A model generated the notes under the pieces. That model worked only from the letters and a program-made list of their open reading frames with translations, was not told where the DNA came from and did no database searches. This document shows positions 13,137-26,679 of a stretch of DNA of 64,000 nt, one piece after another. The stretch is from the NCBI GenBank assembly GCA_964270895.1, contig OZ185450.1; one strand, written 5' to 3'. Positions within the stretch are counted from its first letter, which is position 1, and every line of letters begins with the position of its first letter. The position numbers and the translations under genes were made by a program. Source of the DNA: Podarcis filfolensis. Its lineage: Eukaryota.

Positions 13137-14301
13137 AATCCTAAAGAGCCTACTGTGTTTTAGAGTGTCATATTACTTTAAGTGTCTTGTGATTTTAATG
13201 TGATTGTTTATTATATTTCATGGCTGTTAGCTGCCTTGCAGGTGTAGAAGTGGGTGGAAAAGCTGGTTGTGAAAGTATTAAATAAATCAAAATAATATCT
13301 AGCTCATGATGGAATGCTTGAGGAATTTGATCATGACAAATTCTGTTATGAACTGACTTGACCCTGTATCTCCCATGCTTATGTGTGGATTCACTTTCAT
13401 AGTTTCTGAATGTTCCAGCACAAGTTCTCAGCTCAAAAAACCTTATCAAAACATGTTTATAAATTTAAATACTTAGGTTAGTGTGAATTTTTGAACAGAT
13501 TAAAAATATTTAGAATCACAGATGAATGTGGAAATGGGATGGAATGGATTTGTGAACAAACAGAAAGTGACATGGACAGCAAATTGACTGGTTTATTCGT
13601 CCCTAAATTCATGCAGGTCTCCTGCTCTGCTGGTACTTACAGGAAAATTGGTAGTGATTACCAGAGCCTCTTATACATCAACCTTAGCCCTGCAGGTCGA
13701 ACTATGGAATATCTTGTTTCATTCAAAGACCAGCGTCCTCTGAAGGCTGACAGGACCTTCTCAGGTTCTCCCCTCCCTCCCAGTTGCTGTCCACAGTCCT
13801 GAAAGGGTTCCTTAGATGATCCCACAGTTGCATGTTAAGCAGGAAAGCATACAGGGGAATAATCCCCCAAGTCTGGCTGATCAGAGGGCGATGTCCTCAG
13901 CTGTAATGGTAAAGAACAGGGTACTAAAGACTCCCACCACACTGAGTGAGGTGATCTGTGAGTCTACCTAATCTGAGTCCTTGGAATGGCATGGGAACCC
14001 TGGTGTAAGGGATATGACAGCGAAGCCCATTAATTGTCTGTGTTCCTTGTGTTATGGAGAGGAGAGGTGCCTTATGTAATGTTGTTCTGTTAGTTTCAGA
14101 ATAAAGAATTCTGGGGAGCCTTGACCTTCACCTGAGGAAGGGTTTTGACTCTGTGGTGGAGCATCTGCCATACACCCCTGGTTCCATCTCCTGGCATCTC
14201 TAGATAGGGCTGCAAATGACTCCTGCCTGAAACCTTGGAGAGCTGTGGCCACTCCATGTAGTCAATACTGAGCTAGATGGACCATTTAGCTCAGTATAAG
14301 G

Positions 14302-14523
14302 AGTTCGAAAGCATGTCAAAGTGCAAGTAGATAAATACTCCGGTGGGAAGGTAAACGGCGTTTCCGTGCGCTGCTCTGGTTCGCCAGAAGTGGCTTAGTC
14401 ATGCTGCCCACATGACCCGGAAGCTGTACGCCGGCTCCCTCAGCCAGTAAAGCGAGATGAGTGCCGCAACCCCAGGGTCGGTCACGACTGGTCCTAATGG
14501 TCAGGTGTCCCTTTACCTTTACC
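14302..14523 (+). mobile_element. 5'-truncated Sauria-type SINE
   Basis: Matches the 3' two-thirds of the copies at 20317 and 26939, ends in an (ACCTTT)-type tail, and is flanked by TAAGG (14297-14301 / 14524-14528). Confidence 0.9.
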
Positions 14524-16224
14524 TAAGGCAGCTTCTTATGTTCCATCTTGGATATGTTCCTGAACATTGTAGGAAGTCCAGAACAAATCTGAGGCATCAA
14601 AATTGGGATGGATTTAAATGTGCAAATACTTTCTTTTTGAAGGTTCTGCAGAGCTCTCAATCTTTCCTTCCATTCAAGATTATTGCATCTTACTTTCCTT
14701 GTTTCTGTGCCATGCAGATGCTTATTATGGCAGCTTGTTGTTGTTCGCTGTTGTAAATGAATACAAAATTAGGAAGCATATGGCACACTGTTACATTCCC
14801 TTAAAAAAAGAAAAAGAAAACCCAATGCAGCAATATTTTTCCAAAATTATTTATGAAGTGCCTGTGGGCATTTCTGTAAAATGGTAAGTAAATACCACTG
14901 AATTCGCTGGTTTGACAGTTGTTGTGATGCTCCATACCTTTGACAGTAAAAAGAACAATATGGCAGAGTTAACAAAAGACTAATCAGATTTCTGTTTTCT
15001 CTCCCCTCCCTACCCTTACTTTTCCTGCTGCAATCTTTGGTGGACAAAACAATGTATCTTGGGATGGTTTCCACAATGACATTTCGTTGTACGATTTTTC
15101 TGTTTCATCAGGTAAAGTGTCTTATTTCTTCTTCTTTTTCCTTGTAAATTCACTTTTTTGAATAATGCTGGTGTACTTGTGAACATAAAACATCTGGCCC
15201 GGCTGGCTGTTACCTTAAAATGATAGAAGCTTTGCTACATCATGCTTGTTTGTATGTGAGTGTGCAAATGCACATATTCATTTTCAGCACCCTATAAGCT
15301 AGTGTTAAAATACGTATTATATTTTGGCTGCTGATAAGAAAGGCAATATACATTGGGCGTAAGAGTAATGAATAAGAAAAATAAATTGTAAGGGGGAAAA
15401 CAGAACAGTAATCTATCATTCTGTTGCATAGAGTCATTAATTCTTTATGCACATTGTGTGTATGTGTGTAAAACAACAAACAGTGGGTCTAAACCCAGTG
15501 CACTGATTTTTGTAGGCTTAAGCGTGTTTTAAAACTCTTGGATTGTGGCCAGAGAATGCATTCAAGGCAGACTACATTTGCTTTTGGAGAAAATGGAATC
15601 ACCTTATATAGTAATAGTGAAGCCATTTTGCTTGTGTAGAACTTTACGTAGCAAAATGGGGGTTTATTAGGAATGTCAGAGGTTTGCAGAAGTACAAAAA
15701 ATACTTTGGGGGGAATAGCCCAATGAGGTCTTAGAGTCCTCCGTGGCTGGCATAAATGCTGGCTCACTTGGGGTACTCTTGATTTAGTAAAGCTATTCTT
15801 GAGATGTTATGGGGTATTTTGTGTGTATGTGTTCATGTGCACCCAAACATATGTGTTTAAGTGAATATGTTTGTAGGACAGCTTTTTTGGATGAAGAGCC
15901 AGCATTCCAAAAGCCACTCTCTTTCCAGAAACCACTGCAAATGAGATGCAGCCCTACAGTGCATTCTGTAAGCAGGGAATCCATGGCTATTGTGCACTGC
16001 TTGAAATGAAAATAATTGTGTGTCCTTGGAAGCAACATAAATCTACGTAAACTGGCTTAATTGCCTTCCTAGACCTCCTAATCAAAGAGACTAGATGAAT
16101 GTGAACTGACATCTAAAAATCCATAAATTTATTATTTGTTCTTCTTGCTGTGTCCAGGTTTAAATGTCTTGAAATGTATCACTTTTTCTGCCACATGTAC
16201 CTTTTTTCACTAACCCCTGCTATA

Positions 16225-16427
16225 CAGTGGAACGTCAGTTGTCGAATGCTTCGGAAGTCAAATGTTTCGGCTTTCGAACGCCGACAACCTGGAAGTGAAT
16301 GCTTTTGTTTTTGAATGTGCCTCGGAAGTCAAATGGATTTTGCCGACTGGCAATTGCACCGTGGTTGTCGAACATTTCAGAAGTTGAACAGTCTTCCAGA
16401 TTACGTTCGACAACCGAGGTTCCACTG
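16225..16427. mobile_element. 203-bp pogo/Tigger-like MITE, second family
   Basis: Imperfect TIRs CAGTGGAAC(G/C)TC(A/G)GTTGTCGAA, TA on both sides. Confidence 0.85.
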
Positions 16428-19400
16428 TACTTCTTCCCCATCCCAGTTAGCTGCCCCTGTTACTGCTCTTCAGATTAAATTCAGTCTCCTCTTCATGACT
16501 GGGATCACTCTTCCCCAGACAGGTTTTCCTGGCACCTACTGGACATGGATGCCTTTTAGGTGCCAAGTGAATACTCTCTTCCCTTCTCTCAACCATTTCT
16601 GGATTTCTTTTTGTATCTTGCGTTACAGTTGCTTCTTTGGGCTTTGTGCTGGTGGAAATAGCTTAGCTGCTGTTCCATAGCTGGTTTAAGTGTTGCGTAT
16701 TATTAGGATTTTATTGATTCACATTGGGCTTTTTGGGTGGGATTCTGTGATTTTTGTTGTTGTGGCGGTGGAGTTAACATGCTGTGAAATGCAAAGTTGG
16801 ATAAGTGGTATAACACAAACAAACAAACAAACAAATATTCCCACCCCCCACCCTGCCAGAGCTACAGCTCTGTGTCACATAGGGTCTGGATTATAAAAGC
16901 TCCAATTTCAAAGTAGATATGGAGTGAACGTTGGAAGGAAGGAGCTTGCTCAAATAGGCCAACTCCATTTTGAATCTCAAGCTGACCACTAACCCCTCTG
17001 GCATGTGGGTTTATCTCATGCAAATGTTCTCTCATATTTGGGAAGAGTGACCAGAGGTCAGTCATATGAGTACAAGCTCAGCATGCCAAATGTCCCAGGA
17101 TCAATCCCCAGCATGTCAAGTGATGTTAAAGTATCTTCTTGTCTTGTAGAGCAAGAAAGAACACAAATCAGAGGCTGCTCTCAGACAGAGTCAATATTGT
17201 TTGATTTTATAGATGGTTGAGGTATCTTAGGCTGTTGTTACTATTTTTTCCCAGTGTGGAGCTCCCATTATGAGTGCATTTCTCCCTGCCCCTGCATTCA
17301 GGCAAATCTTGAATTTTTTTTGGGGTGGGGGGGTTGTGAGGAGCGAATAATTGTTTTTGCCAGAACTCTGGTTCTCTAAAAGCTTCAGATGAAGAGATAT
17401 GATAGCAGAAGGCAAGAGGGAGTTGGCCAGCTAGCATTGTTCTCACCAGCTCTGCCTCATCTGCCATTCTGAAACAGCCGTTCTTTGAATAAAGGTCTGC
17501 CCAGGGACAATCAGTTTAATTCTTTGCTTTTGGCTGGCAATGTTAGTTTTGAGGTGATGCTCTGAGCAAGATACGTTGCTTGTCTGCATATGGGAGTTTG
17601 CTGTTGGCTTTAATGCCTGCAAGCTGCATTGCTTGTCGTTCTGACTCTTGGGAATGAAGTTTTTGCTACATGGAAGACTTTGTATGCTGTATTATTTGTC
17701 TCCACCTGGTGGGAGAGAAACAACATTTGGATTTTCCAGTTTGCACAAATTTCAGATAATCATTTCTGCAGGTAAGGAACTCATTGGGATAACATAACAC
17801 ACATTTCAGTGCAAAGTATCATTTCTAGAAATATTTAACACATTCATTAGCAGTTTTGAAAACTCTGGCTTGCATTATTTATAGCACTCAATTAATTTTC
17901 TTTCTTTTAAATCAATCTATTTCTGAGGAATGGAAATGTCAGAGAAAAATATTCTCTCTCTCCCCCTCCTCTGGTGGCAGAAGCTAGTTGCTGGCTTGTT
18001 CCTCCCCTCCCCTCTGGGCTTTCTTTTTGATACTTGCATTTAAGTTTTGTGAAACACATTTCTTTTTGCTGTAGCTTGGGGCTTATCCACACTTAACTTT
18101 CCAACATTCTTTCCAGGCACAGTCCGATCACTATTTTTTTTTTTTGAGCTTTCCCTCCCTGCAACAACCTGTTCTTTACTGCTGATTTGGAGCAAATGGC
18201 AATCCACAGGAAACTTGAATTGCTGTTTGTTGCATTTCGGCTTTAAAGAGCAAGTTTTCATGGGGAAAGCTCTGGAGTGAAAGAAGAGTGTTGAGGCTCA
18301 GAGCTTTAAAGCATGGACCTGTGTCTGGAAAGCGGGGCAGAAGGTAAATGTGAATAAGCCATTGGTGCCAAGGCGACCTGTTTAAAGAGAACCTGTTGCC
18401 TAGTGAAAGAAACTTAAGTCAATTAATCATATGAGGTTTATCAGTTAATAATAAATAGTAAAGAGCATACACCTTTTATCTTTAGATGATGCTCCAACAG
18501 GTGCCATTTTAGAAGAGGCTTTCCTTATGCAAGAGAAGGGAGGGGAATGCCTCTTCCAAGAGGGTTCACTCTTAATTAACTATTCTGATTAATCAGTGAA
18601 ATACTGCAGCACTAGAAACTAGACAAAGGAGGGTTAGGAGAGTCTCAATGGGCTTTCTCAGCATATCTGCCAATCTGGCCTTCCAAATAACTGAACAAAG
18701 ACCACTAGTCCTCTCACAGAAGGAACATGAACATTTCATATGTGGCATATTGATTGTGCGATTGAAGCCAAGTCCAGCATTACCGCTTTGCAAAAGCAAA
18801 AATTTGTTCCTGGTCACTTGGAGGCAGTTTTTACTTTTCACCAACAAGAATGACCAGATGGTTTATTCTACTCTATAAGCTCATTCTGCTACATGTAGAG
18901 ACCTGGCCCAAATATTGCATAATTGGGGCCTTTTTTGCTGGTTGCCCCTTAATTTTAGCAAAAGATTTTTAACAAAGGATATATTTTCAGCTGAGCATCA
19001 TACCTTCTCACTGGTCCAGCTCTCAGACAAGCTCTTAACTCTTTTTGCCCCAAAGTGAACTCCACTGATTCCCTTCCATAAATGATTGCTACCTGAGAAG
19101 GCCTTTTATGGCAAAGAGCTCACAGTGATGGGGCAGAGCACCCATGTCACAGCCTAGGAAAAGGTGGCTGAGTTGGATAGTGGGGCAGAGACTATTACTG
19201 TAGTTATGCATTTTACTTAACACTGTGAGAGAGAAGGCATTTGCCTGTGTCTCAGCTAAGGTTGTGGTAATAACGTATATATATGTGGGTGGCTTTCTTT
19301 AGGATCAGGGGCTATTTGGGGCAGCAGATAGGAAGCCTTTGGGATTGGATAGCCCCCTAGATCCTAGCTGCTTTTCGTTACCTTACTGTCTTTCCCTAGA

Positions 19401-20316
19401 GGTGTTTTTTTTTGGGGGTGGTGGTGGTGGTGTCTCAGCTTGCAAGATGAAATGAGGTTTTGTCATCTGGCAGCTAGACCTGCTCCCCTTCAGTGTATTG
19501 TGTGTCCTTGTCGGAATAATAGAAAATCAAGTCTTATTTTGGTTCGAATTTGATGCAGTATTGATTTCCCCTTGTTAGGCAAGCTGTAAATCAGGACATT
19601 GAATTCCTTAATCTCTTTTCACAGAATGAATCTCCAGTCAAAAGGTTATTCTCTTTTTTTGACATTTATTATCATTAACATGCTTAAGGTGCTGGTGATT
19701 CGGTTCTTGCAATGCTGCCTTCTCCTTGTTATTTTGTGGTTTTAAAAATTCAACTCCTAAACCAAGAAGCCATGAAATGCAGCCTTATTAGCACAGAAAG
19801 CTGCCTTTCACTGAGTCATACCATTGGCGCATCTGGCTTAGTATCAGCTACACCAGGATGGGGAAACTGCTCTGGGACATTGATTCTTGGGGTCCCCTTC
19901 CACTCCTTGATTGTTCAGCAGGAAGCAGTTAAGAGGAACAAATGCTTTGACGTAGTGCAAAGTTTGCAATTACAGCACCTTCCTGTGCACAGAGATCTGC
20001 TCTAAGACAATCAAAGCAGAATGTAAAATGTCCCAGCGAAGAGGTGGACTTGCATTCTTTGCAAATATTCAGAAAGCGTCCATGCATTTTGCAATTGTAT
20101 GCATGCATTTTTCAGGATGCAATTGCATGTTGAAGTTTGAGGCTTTGAATAGCGGTAAGGCAGGGCTTACACAGTTTAGCTGTACATTGACCTTACTTGC
20201 AATCTTCTGGGATTACTGAGTTCTTTATTTGCTTTTTTTTGCAGTCAGAACACATAAAAGGAGGTGAAGAACTTCTTTTTACAATTTTGTAAAAAAAATG
20301 TATGGATAAAATGGAA

Positions 20317-20673
20317 GGCACGCGGGTGGCGCTGTGGGTTAAACCACAGAGACTAGGACTTGCCAATCAGAAGGTTGGCAGTTCGAATCCCTGCGACGGG
20401 CTGAGCTCCTGTTGCTCGGTCCCTGCTCCAGCCAACCTAGCAGTTTGAAAGCACCTCAAAAGTGCAAGTAGATAAATAGGTACCGCTCTGGCGGGAAGGT
20501 AAATGGTGTTTCTGTGTGCTGCTTTGGTTCGCCAGAAGCGGCTTAGTCATGCTGGCCACATGACCCGGAAGCTGTACGCCGGCTCCCTCAGCCAATAAAG
20601 CGAGATGAGCACCGCAACCCCAGAGTCGGCCACGACTGGACCTAATGGTCAGGGGTCTCTTTACCTTTACCTT
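20317..20673 (+). mobile_element. Full-length Sauria-type SINE
   Basis: tRNA-like head GGCACGCGGGTGGCGCTGTGG with a B-box-like GGCAGTTCGAATCCC, a body of about 355 bp, and tail CTTTACCTTTACCTT. Confidence 0.92.
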
Positions 20674-21912
20674 AAAAATTATACTAAGAATTAGATATAT
20701 GTCTCTGTTTCCATAAGAAGTAGCATGATGTGGGTCTGACTCTGCCCACTGGAATGTAGTCCCCGACAGCTTTCTACTTGAGTAATGTGGCTCTCACTGC
20801 AGTGGACCTTTAGTATTTCAGACATGAGACATTTCCAGCCCTGCCTGAAGACAACAGGGATTGAACGCTGGATGTTTGAAGCAAAGCGTGTGTGTTATCA
20901 TTATGCCCTTGACATTTAAAGAATTATGGTCTGGAATTCCATTAAATGTTGGTCAAATTGCTTTGCACTATATATGCTGATTTTTAGTTACTGCCGTATT
21001 TGGAGACCAGTTTACCTCCATTTTGAAAATAAATATGCTTGAGTTCCAATCCTTGAAAGCCAAAAGCCAAAGCAAGCCATGTTTATTTTCAAAAAGCATC
21101 AGAAAAAGAAGTCATGCTGGATTGGACTAAAAGTTCCTCTGGTTTGGCATTTTGCTGTGAATTCTGAATAGATTTTAATGTGGGGGGTAAGCAATAGCTA
21201 GGAAGGGGCTGCTGTCTTCATGCTCTGTTCATAGGCTTTCCAGAGGCATCTTTTTGGCCACTATAGGAAGCCTGTTGATGGAATAGTAGGTGCTATGGAC
21301 ATTACGGTATGCTAGAACCTCCAATCCTGGCAGCAGTAGAGAATAATTGTCCTTTGAGCTGGCCAAAGTGTGACATATTTTTCAAGGACCTGCTTCCCAT
21401 GCACTTCTGATTTTAGGATTACAATGTAAATATTGTGTTGGTAGTTTTCTTTTGAACTGACAATTTGGAATATTCATAGATGTTCCGCAGTGCTTCAATG
21501 ACTATTCCAATGATTATCATACATCTCATTTAGGTTATACTGAAGTTAGAGATCTGGTAGACAGTAGCTTTGGATGTTACAAAGTGCATTCAACTCAGTT
21601 GTCAAATTCAACTTATTTTAGGGTAAAGTTGGTGAAACCATTATTTATCTACAAATCTACATGGTCTGTCCTATAATGTTATATTATCGTTTGCCTCTGA
21701 CATAGTAAGACTCAGAAAAACATTCAGTATTGGATTTCACATTGCAAATAGATTGACAGTTATAGCAAATGAGAAGAATCTAAAGAAAACAGCTCCTTTT
21801 ATTTTGGCTGATGCCATAATTTCCATAGATGTCCCAGATAATAGAAGAAATACATTTTCAAGGAATACTGCTAATAAGAATGAAGATTTGTCAAGCCCAA
21901 AATTTACTAGTA

Positions 21913-21986
21913 TGGTGCTCTCTGGATCATTTGGACCACAACTCATAGTCCAAAACATCTGGAGGGCACCAGGTTGGTGAAGGCTG
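21913..21986. mobile_element. Internally deleted palindromic MITE fragment
   Basis: GGACCACAACTC ... AGTCCAAAACATCTGGAGGGCACCAGGTTGGTGAAGGCTG. Related decayed pieces at about 440-522 and 7648-7718. Confidence 0.55.
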
Positions 21987-22516
21987 ATTGAATGGATTGA
22001 AAGTCAATTCTTACTTCCACAGAAAACCCAACCCAACTCTTTGGGACATCATTGCTTCTTCCTCTTAGTGTGTAGTGTGGTACTTTTAAAACTGATATGC
22101 CACACGCTCCCAGCATTTGTAAGGTGAATTGTGCATATGTAACCTGGCAGACATCTGGATTGTATTACCTCATGTGTCCTATCTCTGCCTGCACAGGCGA
22201 TTGTAGCCTTAATCCCTTCTGGTGCTTCAACATTACAGTGCGTTTTCAAAACATCAAATAGTGTGGAATCCATAATCTACTTCCCCTTATCTCAATTTGT
22301 AAACCTTTAAAGTACTTGGAATTTAAACTGTGCAATGATTTTTGATTTTCAGTAGTTCAAACGCCAACTAAACCCAAAGCGAATATCAAAATAAATCCTG
22401 CACAGGATTTCAGCCGACAGAAATGGAAAGCTGAAGAAGAGAGGATGGACCTTGGTCTGACCAGCAAGACTATTCCTATATTCTTAAACCCCACGGCAGG
22501 CAAATATATCCCAGGG

Positions 22517-22792
22517 CAGTGGTTCCCAATTAGCTAAGTACTGCGGACCCCCCATTTTTCATAAGTCAAGCCATGGGCCCCCTACTTTTGAAAATGTTGC
22601 TCTCTCTGTGGTACTTTCTGTTTTGGGAATGGTGCCACCATACCCTCCAACATATTCCAGCACGAAAGCAGGATGCATGTTTTCTGGGCTGTGCTCCTAC
22701 ACATGGTACCCAAAAACGGGGCGTCCTGGACAGTTGACAGGTATGTTCTGTGGACCACCTGGGTTTCATGGACCACCAACTGGGAACCACTG
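22517..22792. mobile_element. hAT (Charlie-like) MITE
   Basis: TIRs CAGTGGTTCCCA / TGGGAACCACTG. The 8-bp flanks TCCCAGGG and CTCTAGGG are an imperfect TSD, and the right flank resembles the Charlie-type TCTAG target. Confidence 0.7.
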
Positions 22793-23584
22793 CTCTAGGG
22801 TAAACCACATGTTTCTCTTATGCATTGGAGGATTGTATGAAGGAGGGAGGGCAGGGCTATGCTGACCAACCCCATCCTGGTGCCACATGCCGCAGCTAGT
22901 CTCTCCCCGTGGTGTGCATGGATACGGGGGTTCCAGGGTGCACACAAGCCTTCATTCATATAGTTGTAAGTTTTAAGTCTGCCCTCCTACAGCTGCTTTG
23001 CCTGATAGATGCTACAATCTCTTTTTTTCTGCTGTAGTGCAGAAATCTGAGTGCAACAGATGAGGAGATCAATGTGTTCTGGTCCTTCTTAACGTATCCA
23101 GGGCGACTACATTCACTTCATTATTCATACACATGCATAACAGTTTGACAGCACAGAAGGTTCCAGGTTCAATCCCTTCCATTCTCAGTTTAAAAACATA
23201 CAGTTCAGGTGGAAAGGATGAGAGCTTGGAGCTGGTGTCCGTGTTAGTAGGCAGCACTGCCATAAATGGCCCAGTGTTCTGACTCTGTATAAGACAGTTT
23301 CATAAAGCTTCTTATACTTTTTCTAGTAGATCTGAAGATATGTGAAGCAGCAACCATCAGTTGCTTCATATGTCTTTTAAAGACACATCTTTCTGCCCAG
23401 GCCTTACCTGACTCATATAAATCAAACCTTGTTTTCAGTTTGTTTTAATTTACTGAATTTCTATTTTTATCTGCTTTTATAATATTGTTTTACTGGTTTT
23501 ATATTGCATTTTTGTTTTAATCGTATTGTTAGTTTTTTCTATGTTGCAGGTTTAAAAATACTAAGCCATTTATAAATGCTTTAA

Positions 23585-23616
23585 AACCAACCAACCAACC
23601 AACCAACCAACCAACC
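23585..23616. repeat. (AACC)n microsatellite
   Basis: Read directly from the sequence. Confidence 0.95.
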
Positions 23617-24756
23617 ATCAAGGGTGATAGCTGTTCCTTTTGTTATTCCCTGGAGGTACAGTATACTGCCTCTGAACAGGGAGGTTCCATTTTTCTCTCA
23701 TTCTAATAGTTGTCATGTAGAACTTGCTGCCTCACCGCCCCTCCAGCCCTCTCTGCTTTCTAAGTTGTGGCACTCTCAATTTCTTTATTATGTAATGTGC
23801 ATTACCATGCCTTTTAATTGGTAGCCATCTGCAAGCACTGTGTAGCAAAATCTATTTTTGCATCTGGGTGGATTTCTCTTCCCTGCCAGAATGCAGCTCA
23901 CTGAGCAGCTGGTTCCACATGTTCATAAATGCCGTGTGACTTTAATACAGGCACATTTGATTTTTATTGACAGCCCGTCAGGCTCGCGCCAGTGCACTGA
24001 GGCTCTTTGCTGACACGAGGCAAGCAGCAGCCAGCCAGAGAGGGGCCCTATTAGCGTGGCGAGTGCAGAAATCTCCAGGCAGGCTGCGTTCCTTCAGAGG
24101 CCGGCTGTTCTCATCCTCCTCTCTGCCATTGCCCCAAAGAATTTTGCTGTCTTCCTAAACCAGTATCAAATGACATAGCAAAGACTTTCTAAAGCTAAGG
24201 ATTAAAACAGTTGCATCCTCCTTGTAACCTTTCCTTCTGCTGGCTCTCTTCTTCCAGTCATTGTGGAATTATAATGCCAAATATTGTGTTTCTTTGCCAT
24301 TGCTGTAGTCTCTTCCCTGTTGAAGTCTCTGTGTTAGATATCTGGCATTAAGTTTTGTCCTTTACTTTAAAGTTTAGAGAATGCATTGTTCCACCTCTGA
24401 TATGGGCCTGTTTGCTTGGCCATTTCTGCTGGTCCATTTGTCCCACCCCCTAAAAATAAAACTCAGCTTCTTCCATGTAGCTGTATGTAGAAGGTTGTAA
24501 ATTCAATCCTCATTATCTCCAGGTAGGGTTAGGAAAATCCCTTTACTGAGATCCTGGGAAGCCACTGCTAGTCAGTGCAGACAGCGTTATGATTACGACT
24601 TTAATTTATATACCACTTCATGTATTAATATATATATATATATCCAAGCAGTGTACACAAAACTGAAGCAACAATAAACAACTTAAACAAAATATTGCAA
24701 AAATACACAATTACATATAAAAATGTTACATTAATACAAAGTTACCAATATATATA

Positions 24757-24997
24757 CAGTGGTACCTCGGGTTAAGTACTTAATTCGTTCCGGAGGTACA
24801 TGCTTAACCTGAAAGTGTTCTTAACCTGAAGCACCACTTTGCTAATGGGGCCTCCTGCTGCTGCCGCGCCGCCGGAGCACAATTTCTGTTCTCTTCCTGA
24901 AGCAAAGTTCTTAACCTGAAGCACTATTTCTGGGTTAGCGGAGTCTGTAACCTGAAGCGTATGTAAACTGAAGCGTATGTAACCCGAGGTACCACTG
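24757..24997. mobile_element. 241-bp pogo/Tigger-like MITE, copy 2
   Basis: Same 18-bp TIR and TA TSD, inserted in a TATATA context, same orientation as copy 1. Confidence 0.92.
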
Positions 24998-26679
24998 TAT
25001 ATAAATCAATATCATTTCATTTTCCTTCTGACATGCCCTCCCTCTCAACCTCCAGGTTCTCACTTAGCGTCCAAGCAAACTCTAAGCTCCCCCACAAAAG
25101 TCTCACAGCAAAAAGAGATCCTGGAAACAGTGGACATCAATCACCCTAGCCTCTCACTCTAGACTTGCTTTTCATGGGCCGCCCCAAGGTGGATGGGATG
25201 TCCTTAGGCTGCCCACAGCTGTGTCCCATTCAGCCACACTCTTTATACTCGGTTCCAGGCGCAGCAGGTTTTTTGAGTTTCCCAGGGGGGTCAAGAGGAG
25301 GGGAAAGCTCCCCCCTCCACTCACAGCCCTTTCTTCACCCTCTGTTCTCTCCTCCTACAGTTGAATTAGCCAACAAATAGTCTGACTTGCTATCCAGCTG
25401 TGTGTGCCAGGCATATGTTCTGTTCTTTGGCATCCTACCCATTAAAGTGTGCAATGAAGTGCATGCTTGCCCATCAGAATAATCTCTGCCTTTGTTCATG
25501 GAATATATTGCTCTGTTGCTGTGCTCACCGCCATTCTCCCTCCACATCGTCCTCTCTCCATCTGTACTGATTACCTTGACATATCCTCCTGACTCCTTTT
25601 CTCTGTTGGTGAATAAAAAATGTGTGTGTAAGGGGATGGGCGGGCACTGGTGTGTGTTACTAGCAGGGATGGAAGAGAATTTGATTTGGTCCATATTTTT
25701 ACACGAGCTGCCCTAATTTGCAGCTCCTGGGTTAATTATACGGATTGGAACATAATTAACCTTCAGCTCTGGCGATGCTCCACATGTTTTTGGCTCAAGA
25801 AACATACCAAAATGTGCAGAACAGTGTATTTTAGAATGAAGTACATTCAGAAATGTGCACGCTGGGATAAAATAAATAATCAACTTTGTATTTAAATAAG
25901 AATTTTAGTACAGTATTTTTTAGACAATAACCTGCAGATTAATGTGGAAGAAGGACAGAAATGATTTATAAATAAACATATGTGATAGTGACACGGGCCC
26001 AAAATAGATGGAACTGTTCATCCTTAGTTGCTGGTTCTCTTTCGTTAATGTATTCCATTGTTACAAAGGCAAGCTTTCATTGGAAGTATCTCTCTCAAGA
26101 GCGCCTGTGCTTGCCTCACTATTTATGCACTTAAAGTCACTTAGCAGCAACAACTTTCCTTGCCTGAGGCACTAATAGTATTACATTGTCAACTGTTGCC
26201 AGTTACCCAGGAAAATGAATGAGTAATAAAGAGAGCTGGGTGAGTGCGGTTTGGGTAGGACTGATAATGTGTGAATTGTAAGTTGCAGTATTTCCAAAAG
26301 TAAAAAACCAGGACACCCTGGGTTTTTTTTTTGGCTGGGGGGCGGGGACTACTGAAATTGTTGAGCTGGAAAATCAGGACACATGGCAGCCTTTCTCTCC
26401 TCACTTTCTGGTTTGTTTCTGTATTATGTATTAATTAAAAAAATTGATATCCCACATCAGGCCAGCATATTGAAACTCTTATCAGAAATCTATGAACAGT
26501 GGAAAAAAGCCAGACTGAAACAGAGCAGCAACAGCATTAAGAAATCAACCAAACATCAAGCTAGAAAAGAGCTACAGTGCATCACTAAACAGTATGTTTA
26601 AACACCTAATATTACAAAGAGAAGAGGAAGTCAGGCAAATCTTCTAGGTCATAGCTGGGAGCCACTACCAAGAAGGCCA

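Noticed and set aside
21478-21980. Two overlapping plus-strand open frames (DVPQCFNDY...STWSVL* and NHYLSTN...RAPGW*) that looked like an exon or an endogenous viral fragment
   Set aside because: The last 22 or so codons come from a MITE fragment (21913-21986), I recognise no protein or viral motif, and stop-free runs of this length are expected by chance in six frames of 64 kb. A tblastn or HHpred search would settle it.
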